A stretch of DNA of 64,000 nucleotides, taken from Minisyncoccota bacterium. GTDB lineage: Bacteria; Patescibacteriota; Minisyncoccia; 2-02-FULL-40-12; GWA2-44-9. Positions within the stretch are counted from its first letter, which is position 1. Every line of letters starts with the position of its first letter. Under the pieces are notes generated by a model that had not been told where the DNA came from, searched no databases, and saw only the letters and a program-made list of their open reading frames with translations. The position numbers were made by a program, and so were the translations under genes. This document shows, piece after piece, positions 9,025-16,953 of this stretch. The stretch covers positions 1,912 through 65,911 of the forward strand of contig DASZRH010000030.1 of assembly GCA_035549275.1 (NCBI GenBank), given 5' to 3'.

Positions 9025-9190
9025 ACCATGCAGTACTGGGCATCTCGAAGCCCCGTAGCCGCTTGTATTCTTTCCTTCCCGAGAGAATACCCTATTTCCA
9101 TCCATTGTATTACAAGGATGGACTTGGCTACAAGGGTTCCGAATGCCTGGTCCTAACTAAACGGCCCCGCTTTGCGGGGCCGTTTAGTTA
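9025..9190 (+). ncRNA. Candidate structured ncRNA (Y-shaped, about 120-nt core; 6S-like or novel)
   Basis: Own promoter and terminator; long closing stem 9035-9060/9126-9151 with G-U pairs, plus two internal hairpins. Confidence 0.65.
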
Positions 9191-9193
9191 GGA
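9151..9193. terminator. Perfect palindrome (20-bp arms, TTT loop), bidirectional terminator for the ncRNA and tig
   Basis: TCCTAACTAAACGGCCCCGC-TTT-GCGGGGCCGTTTAGTTAGGA. Confidence 0.8.
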
Positions 9194-10462
9194 GACACAG
9201 ATTTTCTCTATATATTCGAAGGTTTTCTCGTTTAGCAATCGCGACTCGATATTCTGCCGGATCCGGTCAGCGTCGAGGTTCATAATGCCATCGGGAGAAA
9301 CCGTCGAATGCAGGACAGCCTGCAGGGCATCATTGGTCTCCTCGGGAGCCACCGAAATATTTTGTTTGCGGGCAATGGCATGGAGAACGAGAGACATCCG
9401 TACCTGCCGCTCGGCTTGGACGCGCCATTCATCGCGAAGCTGTTCCCGGGTTTTGTTTAGCTTCGCTAAATACATCGCCAATTCCATGTCGTGCTTATGG
9501 AGATCTTGGTCGAAATTCTGGACCATCAGATCCAGTTGGCGCTCAATCATCACGGCTGGAACCACCATGGTGCTGCCCGCAACAATCTTGTCCAGCACTT
9601 CACCGCGGACTCGCTGCTCTTCCTTTTCCTTTTTCTCCTCCAGCAATCCGTCTTTAATGCTTAGGATGAGCTGATCCATGTTACTGAACTTACCCAGCGA
9701 ACGGGCAAAATCGTCCGTCAATTCCGGCAGGGTGACGCGTTTAACGTCTACCATCGAAACCATGAAATCAAGTTTCTTGCCGGCGACGGCTTTGTTGCTG
9801 AAATCATCGGGTGCCGTAAGCGAAAATTCTTTGCGGTCGCCTTTCTTCATGCCAATCAACTGATCTTCAAATCCGGGCACAAAATTCCCTGCCCCAATGG
9901 TAATCGGGTGGTTCTTGCTGATGCCGCCTTCAATGACCGAGCCGTTTTCAGTCACCTCAAAATCAACTTCGACGCGATCTCCGGTTTCGGCCGGTCCGTC
10001 TTTTTCGGCCACTGATGCGCGAGACGATTTAATTGTCTCAATTGTTTCGTCAATTTCTTTGGGTTCAACAGACACCGGTCCGCGATGGACGGAAATGGTC
10101 TCCAGTTTCGGCAACGTCACATCCGGAAACAACTGGAGAGCCACGGTGTACACCAGTTTCTCGGCCGAATTTTCTTGGACCTTGAGATCCGTCGCTTCAA
10201 TTACATCAAAATTGTTGGAATCAATGATCTCGGCAAGACTGCGTTGAACCGCCGATTCCAGCGCTGTTTCCAAAATACGGGAAATACCGATATGTTTGCG
10301 GACAACGTCGGGCGGCACTTTGCCCTTACGAAACCCGTCGACTTCCAGATCGCGCCCAAGCAATGCTTGGGCGCGATCTATATGCGAAGCAAGATCTTCA
10401 GCCGTAAGTTCAACGGTGAGCTGGAATTTGCCGTCTTCAAGTTTGGTGCGAGTAAACGTCAT
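9188..10462 (-). CDS. tig: Trigger factor
   Basis: GFRKGKVP ribosome-binding motif and FKBP-type domain (FVPGFEDQLIGMK); start at ATG 10462. Confidence 0.95.
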   Translation of the reverse strand: MTFTRTKLEDGKFQLTVELTAEDLASHIDRAQALLGRDLEVDGFRKGKVPPDVVRKHIGISRILETALESAVQRSLAEIIDSNNFDVIEATDLKVQENSAEKLVYTVALQLFPDVTLPKLETISVHRGPVSVEPKEIDETIETIKSSRASVAEKDGPAETGDRVEVDFEVTENGSVIEGGISKNHPITIGAGNFVPGFEDQLIGMKKGDRKEFSLTAPDDFSNKAVAGKKLDFMVSMVDVKRVTLPELTDDFARSLGKFSNMDQLILSIKDGLLEEKKEKEEQRVRGEVLDKIVAGSTMVVPAVMIERQLDLMVQNFDQDLHKHDMELAMYLAKLNKTREQLRDEWRVQAERQVRMSLVLHAIARKQNISVAPEETNDALQAVLHSTVSPDGIMNLDADRIRQNIESRLLNEKTFEYIEKICVS

Positions 10463-10472
10463 AGGGGTGAAG

Positions 10473-11750
10473 TTATTGCGCTGCCGGTTCAGAATCGGCC
10501 GGAGTAGTTTCTGCTGATTCCACGGCTTCCGCCGGCGCTGCGTCACTCTGATCGAAGTTCATGTTTTCTTTTGGCGAACGGACATCAATCTTCCAGCCGG
10601 TCAGTTTAGCGGCGAGACGGACGTTCTGTCCGCGCTTGCCGATCGCCAGCGAGAACTGATCGTCGGAGACTTCAACAAGCGCATGTTTGTGCTCTTCGTC
10701 GAGAATCTTCACATCCAAAACCTTGGCCGGTGAAAACGAATGGGCAATAAACTGTTTAGGTGAATCGTTCCAAAGAATAATATCGATCTTCTCGCCAGAA
10801 AGCTCGTTGATGACGGTCTGGACGCGAACGCCTTTCTGGCCAACCAGCGAACCGATCGGATCAATGCCTTCTTCTTTTGAATAGACGGCGATTTTGGTGC
10901 GGGATCCCGCTTCGCGGGCAATGGCTTTTACTTCCACGCTTCCGGCGTCGATTTCCGGCACTTCAACGCGGAAAAGGCCAAGCACAAGCCGAGGATCGGC
11001 GCGCGACAGCAGTACTGCCGGCCCGCGAGATGTTTCTTCGGCTTTTAGGATCATGAATCGGTAGCGCTGGCCAATCTGATAGGAATCAGTGTACATCTGC
11101 TCGGCCGGTGTCAACAAGGCGTTTGTCTTGCCTAAATCAACGAAAACCAGCGCCCCTTCCCGACGCTGAACCAGCCCGCTGACCACTTCGCCTTCACGAC
11201 CTTTGAATTCGGAGAGAATCGCGCTGCGCTCGGCTTCGCGAAGCCGCTGAATGATAACCTGTTTGGCTGTTTGAGCGGCAATGCGGCCAAAATCGGTCTT
11301 GGGTTCGAGCGGAATGATAATCTCGTCTCCGATTTCCGCTTTTTTGTTCTTTTGGCGGGCATCGGCGAGAGTGATGTGTTTTTCGGGGTTAAATTTGATC
11401 TTAGCCTCGTCAGCCGTTTCGGCAGGTTCGGAAGCCACCGGGCCGCGCATGCGGCGCGTTCCCTCCATATCCTGAAAATCGGGCCGGTCTTCAATGATCT
11501 TAGCTGGCAATTGGCCGGTGATGTTTCCCTCTTCGTCCGCGCCCTCAACAACGTAGAAAATTTGAGTAATATCCAGCTTGCCCGTTTCGGCGTCGAGCTT
11601 GGCACGGATGATCTGGCCTTTCTTGCCGTATTCGCGCTTGTAGGCAGCGGCGATGGCGGCTTCGATCGTTTCAAAAACGCTCTCTTCGGAAATACCCTTC
11701 TCTTCCGAAATCTGGCGGATGGCTGACGCAAACTGTTTGGTATCTAGCAT
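10473..11750 (-). CDS. nusA: Transcription termination/antitermination factor NusA
   Basis: FGRIAAQTAKQVI, S1 domain, AREAGSRTKIAV, SLAIGKRGQNVRLAAKLTGWKID. Confidence 0.97.
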   Translation of the reverse strand: MLDTKQFASAIRQISEEKGISEESVFETIEAAIAAAYKREYGKKGQIIRAKLDAETGKLDITQIFYVVEGADEEGNITGQLPAKIIEDRPDFQDMEGTRRMRGPVASEPAETADEAKIKFNPEKHITLADARQKNKKAEIGDEIIIPLEPKTDFGRIAAQTAKQVIIQRLREAERSAILSEFKGREGEVVSGLVQRREGALVFVDLGKTNALLTPAEQMYTDSYQIGQRYRFMILKAEETSRGPAVLLSRADPRLVLGLFRVEVPEIDAGSVEVKAIAREAGSRTKIAVYSKEEGIDPIGSLVGQKGVRVQTVINELSGEKIDIILWNDSPKQFIAHSFSPAKVLDVKILDEEHKHALVEVSDDQFSLAIGKRGQNVRLAAKLTGWKIDVRSPKENMNFDQSDAAPAEAVESAETTPADSEPAAQ

Positions 11751-11832
11751 ATCTATGAAAGCGCGTCTTGAACGTCGAGAATGAGCGTTACTCCTTCTGT
11801 CGGCTTCAAAAAGGCTCCGTTCTTAAGAATAC

Positions 11833-11921
11833 AGGCCCGCGGGCGCGGACCTTTACAATCAATCAATGGAACCATGATACCAGAGATGCTTCGGCCAGTC
11901 AAGCGAGCCGTCTTATCCACA
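11833..11921 (-). promoter_or_regulatory. nusA promoter, 5' leader hairpin and adjacent DnaA box
   Basis: Minus-strand TTGACT(11902-11897)-17 nt-TATCAT; leader hairpin AGGTCCGC-GCCC-GCGGGCCT; perfect TTATCCACA at 11913-11921. Confidence 0.55.
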
Positions 11922-12035
11922 AAAATCTATTTACATTCAGCGGCTGTTCGATAGATTAAGGCATCGGCAAACGTTTTCCGCTGCCGAGAGACACCCTTTC
12001 AGAACCAGTGTGGTATAATATGTACAGTATATTCC

Positions 12036-13697
12036 ATGTCCGACATTCTCCATCCCAACAAAAACGAGGAACTTGAAAAAAAGCTCGCTCAAACGCGCGC
12101 CCACGGCGCGGAGGACCAATATCGGCTCAACGCCGAGCGGCTTGGACTGCCATTCTCTGACCTGGCTTCAGTACCCATCGATGCCGAAGCGCTTTCCATC
12201 ATTCCTGAGCAGGCCGCTCGGCATGCCGGCGCGGCCGCGGTAGTCAAATCTGGCATCGCGGTTACCATCGCCGCCATCGATCCTGAAAACCCTGCACTCA
12301 AAGAACTTATCACCGATCTTGAAAAACGGGGCTTTAAAATATCAATCATTATAACCAGCCCGGCGGGCCTGGAACGGGCTTTCAAGCGCTATGACAGTGT
12401 TAAAATTCAAGCCAAAACGGATCTCGGCTCGGTTGAAATTAACGAAGACGAGCTTTCGGCTTTGCAGGTCCAGATCGGCAGCGTTACCGATTTGAAACAG
12501 CAGGTATCGGGCATTTCGGTAACCAAGCTACTGGAAATTTTACTGGCCGGCGCCCTGAAAATCAGCGCCTCCGACGTCCACTTTGAACCAACCGCTACCG
12601 CCGTCCGCCTTCGCTATCGCTTTGACGGCGTGCTTCAAGATGTCACCGAAATCGATATTCAATCCTATCAGAAAGTCCTCAATCGCCTGAAAGTCTTGGG
12701 CCGACTCAAACTCAACATTCACAACAGTCCTCAAGACGGACGATTCACTATCAAACAGCAGCACGTAGACATTGAGGTGCGCGTATCGGTCTTGCCCAGC
12801 GAATACGGCGAAACCGTCGTAATGCGTTTGCTCGACCCGCGGACCATTCACGGTTCCCTCGAAGACCTGGGCATGCGGCCCGACTTTCTAGCGATGGCCA
12901 AAGAGCAGATCAGCAAACCGACGGGCGCAATTTTCACGACCGGCCCGACCGGCGCCGGCAAAACGACAACCCTCTACGCGTTCTTGAATTTCTTGAACTC
13001 TTCAGACTCAAAAATCATCACCATCGAAGACCCAATCGAATACCACGTGGCCGGCGTCTCGCAAACTCAAGTTGACCCCTCCAAGGGCTACACCTTCGCG
13101 AACGGCCTTCGGGCCATTGTCCGACAGGATCCCGATATCGTTCTCGTCGGCGAAGTTCGAGATGCGGAAACGGCCGATATCGCCCTCAACGCCGCCTTGA
13201 CCGGCCACCTGGTGCTTTCAACTCTTCATACTAACGACGCTGCCGGTACCATTCCCCGCCTGATTGACCTGGGTGTGAAGCCCGAAGTGATTGCACCCGC
13301 GATTCGTATGGCCATGGCTCAGCGCCTGGTCCGCAAACTTTGTCCGGATTGCAAAGAAAAACAAAAGATAACTCCGGCCATTCTGGAGAAAATCAAAAAA
13401 GACCTCGAACCGATCCGCCAAAAGTTCTCGCTGTCCGTAATGGACGAAAATATCGAAATCTACGCCGCCAAAGGCTGCGAAAAATGCAATAATGCCGGCT
13501 ATCGCGGCCGGATCGGACTCTATGAAGGGTTTCTGGTTACCCGCGAAATGGAGCAGCTGATTCTATCAAGTCCGGCCATATCGGCGGTCAGAGACCTGGC
13601 AATCCAACAGGGCATGATTACGATGCAGCAGGACGGATATATGAAGCTGCTAGCCGGTGTAACATCGTTCGATGAAATTGAACGAATATTAGGATGA
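12036..13697 (+). CDS. GspE/PilB-family secretion ATPase (second paralogue)
   Basis: ASDVHFEP, PQDGR, GPTGAGKTT, TIEDPIE, RQDPDIVLVGEVRD, TGHLVLSTLH, CxxC...CxxC. Confidence 0.93.
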   Translation: MSDILHPNKNEELEKKLAQTRAHGAEDQYRLNAERLGLPFSDLASVPIDAEALSIIPEQAARHAGAAAVVKSGIAVTIAAIDPENPALKELITDLEKRGFKISIIITSPAGLERAFKRYDSVKIQAKTDLGSVEINEDELSALQVQIGSVTDLKQQVSGISVTKLLEILLAGALKISASDVHFEPTATAVRLRYRFDGVLQDVTEIDIQSYQKVLNRLKVLGRLKLNIHNSPQDGRFTIKQQHVDIEVRVSVLPSEYGETVVMRLLDPRTIHGSLEDLGMRPDFLAMAKEQISKPTGAIFTTGPTGAGKTTTLYAFLNFLNSSDSKIITIEDPIEYHVAGVSQTQVDPSKGYTFANGLRAIVRQDPDIVLVGEVRDAETADIALNAALTGHLVLSTLHTNDAAGTIPRLIDLGVKPEVIAPAIRMAMAQRLVRKLCPDCKEKQKITPAILEKIKKDLEPIRQKFSLSVMDENIEIYAAKGCEKCNNAGYRGRIGLYEGFLVTREMEQLILSSPAISAVRDLAIQQGMITMQQDGYMKLLAGVTSFDEIERILG

Positions 13698-13707
13698 AAA
13701 ACACACA

Positions 13708-13874
13708 AAAGGACTAGTATTATCTGCAGGCAAGGCCCGGATTTATACAAAAACGGGGAAGAATAAGTCTGAGGTATGGCCCAGCGGTGCCAAGCCACCC
13801 GTCATGATGGTATTCCGATTGAGTCATCCCTTGAAAAGTTAGACTCAATTGCCTGCAGATAATACTCGTCCTTT
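13708..13874 (+). ncRNA. Structured intergenic element (ncRNA or MITE) closed by a 26-bp inverted repeat
   Basis: 13708-13733 pairs with 13849-13874 (25/26); three internal hairpins. Confidence 0.55.
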
Positions 13875-13901
13875 ATCGACAATATTTTAATCTAAATATC
13901 A

Positions 13902-14921
13902 ATGGCTGTCAAGCCCTCGACGGTAACGCCCAAGACAATCCTCGATGACCAGGTGCTCGACCACGCCTTGCGACCCAAGACGTTCAACGAGTACATTGGC
14001 CAGGAAAAAATCAAAGCCAACCTCGCGGTCATGATCGGCGCGGCCAAAAAGCGCAATGAGCCGGTTGAACATCTCCTCCTTCACGGCCCGTCCGGACTCG
14101 GCAAAACGACTCTTTCCTATCTTATCGCCAAAGAGCTGGGTTCAACGATCAAGATAACCTCTGGCACTGCGCTCGAAAAAGCCGGCGACGTTGGTTCGAT
14201 TCTCACCGGCCTCCAGGACGGCGATATTTTATTCATTGACGAAGTACACCGCCTTAACAAAAACATCGAAGAAGTAGTCTATCCGGCCATGGAAAACTTC
14301 AAGCTCGACATTGTCATCGGTAAAGGCACGGGCGCCAAAACTCTTCAGATTGACCTTCCCCGCTTTACGCTGATCGCCGCCACCACCAAGATTTCCCTTC
14401 TTTCGGCCCCGTTCCGGTCCCGCTTCGGCGTTAATTTTCGGCTTGATTTCTACACCGAAGACGAGATCGCCCATATTATCAAGCGTTCGGCCGAGCTCCT
14501 GGGCGTTTCCATTCAGGATTCCGCCGTCAAACGCATTGCCGCCGCCTCGCGTGCCACTCCTCGCATCGCCAACCGGCTTCTCAAGCGTGTTCGGGATTAT
14601 GCTCAAATTCACGACGCCGAAGAGATCACCGCCGATTTGGCGAGCACTTGTCTGGCAATGCTTGAGATCGATGACAAAGGCCTGGAAGAAACCGATCGGC
14701 GTATTTTACTGACGATTGCCGACAAGTTTAACGGCGGCCCGGTCGGCATTAAATCGATTGCTGCCGCTCTTTCCGAAGAAGAAGCCACTATTGAAGACGT
14801 GTACGAACCCTACCTAATGCAGTTGGGCCTTCTTGCCCGCACATCTAAAGGCCGTGTCGTAACGCCTTACGGCTACAAGCATATCAACAAGGTTCCTCCC
14901 AAGAACACGCTTGACCTATGA
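13902..14921 (+). CDS. ruvB: Holliday junction branch migration helicase RuvB
   Basis: LRPKTFNEYIGQ, GPSGLGKTT, FIDEVHRL, RATPRIANRLL, EPYLMQ. Confidence 0.98.
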   Translation: MAVKPSTVTPKTILDDQVLDHALRPKTFNEYIGQEKIKANLAVMIGAAKKRNEPVEHLLLHGPSGLGKTTLSYLIAKELGSTIKITSGTALEKAGDVGSILTGLQDGDILFIDEVHRLNKNIEEVVYPAMENFKLDIVIGKGTGAKTLQIDLPRFTLIAATTKISLLSAPFRSRFGVNFRLDFYTEDEIAHIIKRSAELLGVSIQDSAVKRIAAASRATPRIANRLLKRVRDYAQIHDAEEITADLASTCLAMLEIDDKGLEETDRRILLTIADKFNGGPVGIKSIAAALSEEEATIEDVYEPYLMQLGLLARTSKGRVVTPYGYKHINKVPPKNTLDL

Positions 14922-15391
14922 TCGCGCTCGGTATTGATCCTGGCACGACTCGCATCGGTTACGGCCTCGTGGAGCACCACGGCAGCCGCTTGATTGCCCT
15001 TGAGTACGGTATCATCGAGAATCCAGGCCAGGACAAGTTTCAAGATTTTATCGAAACCGAAAAAGGCCTCTCAAAAATTATTGAAAAATTTCAGCCTGAT
15101 ACTGCCGGGATTGAACGGCTTTTTTTTACCAAAAACCAAAAAACAGCAATGGCGGTCAGTGAAATGCGCGGAGTTCTTTTGTTAACTCTCGCCAAACATC
15201 GTCTTCCCGTTCAAGAATTTACACCTCTCCAAGTAAAGCAATCTATCAGCGCCTACGGCAAAGCCGACAAGCGCCAGGTTCAAAAAATGGTGGAAATGCT
15301 CTTGGGAATTACGACACCGATTTCCCCCGATGATGCCGCCGACGCCTTGGCTATTGCAATTTGCTGTACCCATACTATACTTCCCGTATAA
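14918..15391 (+). CDS. ruvC: Crossover junction endodeoxyribonuclease RuvC
   Basis: LGIDPG, GIERLFF, YGKADK, PDDAADALAIA. Confidence 0.97.
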   Translation: MIALGIDPGTTRIGYGLVEHHGSRLIALEYGIIENPGQDKFQDFIETEKGLSKIIEKFQPDTAGIERLFFTKNQKTAMAVSEMRGVLLLTLAKHRLPVQEFTPLQVKQSISAYGKADKRQVQKMVEMLLGITTPISPDDAADALAIAICCTHTILPV

Positions 15392-15460
15392 TAATCGTTT
15401 TTTGAATGCGATGTCCCGCAGTGCGTGCCGTCGCTGTCTGAAAAACGTTCGTGCAGCATC

Positions 15461-15649
15461 ATGACTGAAGCATTGCGCTTGTTGGGTGTCGGACTTTTTG
15501 AAGAAGAACAGCTAAAGCTGGAGACCGATGACGACAGCGATGAGAGTTGGGATGATGAAGATGAAGAAGATACGGAGGAAGATGAAACTGACGATACGGA
15601 AGACGAAGAAGATGACGACGACAGCGACAACGAAGACGAAATGAACTAA
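15461..15649 (+). CDS. Small, extremely acidic protein (62 aa)
   Basis: ATG 15461; C-terminal run DDDSDESWDDEDEEDTEEDETDDTEDEEDDDDSDNEDE with varied codons; TATAAT at 15388 and a palindrome downstream. Confidence 0.65.
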   Translation: MTEALRLLGVGLFEEEQLKLETDDDSDESWDDEDEEDTEEDETDDTEDEEDDDDSDNEDEMN

Positions 15650-15659
15650 ACTAGATTTT

Positions 15660-15702
15660 GCCCATCATAAACCCCTCGCTTTGCGAGGGGTTTATGATGG
15701 GC
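15660..15702. terminator. Perfect palindrome (20-bp arms, TTT loop)
   Basis: GCCCATCATAAACCCCTCGC-TTT-GCGAGGGGTTTATGATGGGC between convergent genes. Confidence 0.8.
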
Positions 15703-15711
15703 TTTCACTGT

Positions 15712-16878
15712 CTATCTCACCCGGCCAAATTTTCGAGGACCGACCTGGATAATATCCCCTGTCTTCAACTGGACCTCCCAAGAAGTTACTGGAGCTTCGT
15801 TTATTTTTACGGCTTTTTGATCTACCAGACGCTTGGCCTCGCCTTTGGATGATGCAAATTGGTAGGCCGTCATAAAATCAATAACCGTCATTCCAGCGCC
15901 CGGATGCTCGGGAATCTCTTCGGGCAACGCACCAGTACTGAACACCCGATCGAATTCGATTTGAGCTTTTCGCGCTTCTTCGGTGCCGTGGTACAACGCC
16001 ACCACTTCATAGGCAAGCCGGCTTTTTATTTCGCGAGGGTTCGCTCCATTTTTCATTTGGGTCAGCAATACATCAATCTCCGCCTGCGGCAGCCGAGCCG
16101 CCATTTCCAGATATTCCGGAATTAACGCGTCGGTAATGCTCATTACTTTCCCGAATATATCGCCGGGGGCATCGGTGATATTGATCACATTCCCCCATGA
16201 AGAGCTCATCTTTCGGCCATCGGTGCCGGTTAACGGAAACTTTGTGATTAGAATATCCTGCGGCTGTTGGCCATAGGCCGGCTGGATCGTGCGGCCAGCC
16301 AGCATATTAAATCGTTGGTCGGTACCCCCCAACTCGACATCGGCTCGCACCGCCACGCTGTCATAGCCCTGCATCAGCGGATACAATAACTCGCGAAGCG
16401 AGACTCGTTTTCCCGCATCAATTCTCTTTTTGATCAGTTCCCGAGATGCAAACTCATGAAGCCCGAACAAATCGGCAATGCGCCCGATTTCCATAAACCC
16501 GAGCTTCTTGAGCCATGTCGAGTTATATTTAGTTTCGGTTTTGCGTTTATCGAGAATCTTGAACGCCTGCTGGAAATAACTCTTCATGTTCTTTTTCACC
16601 TCGTCTTCTGAAAGCATCGGCCGCTCCGCATCCTTATCGGACGTATCGCCGATCTGGCCCGTGAAGTCGCCCACGATGAGCACGGCGGTATGGCCCAAAT
16701 CCTGGAATTCCCGCAGTTTCCATAACACAACCGCCCGGCCGATGTGAATATTGGGGCTGGTCGGATCAACTCCGAGTTTTACCCGTAATTTCTTGCCTGA
16801 TCGAAGTTTTTCTTCCAAATGCGCTACATCAATGACTTCGCTGACGCCGCGTGTGAGAATCTCGAGCTCGCTTTTCAT
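15712..16878 (-). CDS. tyrS: Tyrosine--tRNA ligase
   Basis: GVDPT, HIGR, YPLMQGYD, GGTDQRFN, KMSSS, C-terminal S4 domain. Confidence 0.97.
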   Translation of the reverse strand: MKSELEILTRGVSEVIDVAHLEEKLRSGKKLRVKLGVDPTSPNIHIGRAVVLWKLREFQDLGHTAVLIVGDFTGQIGDTSDKDAERPMLSEDEVKKNMKSYFQQAFKILDKRKTETKYNSTWLKKLGFMEIGRIADLFGLHEFASRELIKKRIDAGKRVSLRELLYPLMQGYDSVAVRADVELGGTDQRFNMLAGRTIQPAYGQQPQDILITKFPLTGTDGRKMSSSWGNVINITDAPGDIFGKVMSITDALIPEYLEMAARLPQAEIDVLLTQMKNGANPREIKSRLAYEVVALYHGTEEARKAQIEFDRVFSTGALPEEIPEHPGAGMTVIDFMTAYQFASSKGEAKRLVDQKAVKINEAPVTSWEVQLKTGDIIQVGPRKFGRVR

Positions 16879-16953
16879 GATCTTTACTATACTCAAAAAA
16901 TATAGAGCTGTAAATTTGTGGTTTCACTGTTTTTATGGTATGGTGAGTATTCA

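Noticed and set aside
9009-9191. 60-aa ORF between the DoxX gene and tig
   Set aside because: Its ATG lies inside the promoter spacer, upstream of the predicted transcription start, and it runs through a terminator. The region is better explained as structured RNA.
15280-15630. Poly-Ser ORF on the minus strand
   Set aside because: It is the antisense shadow of the Asp/Glu-rich plus-strand ORF.
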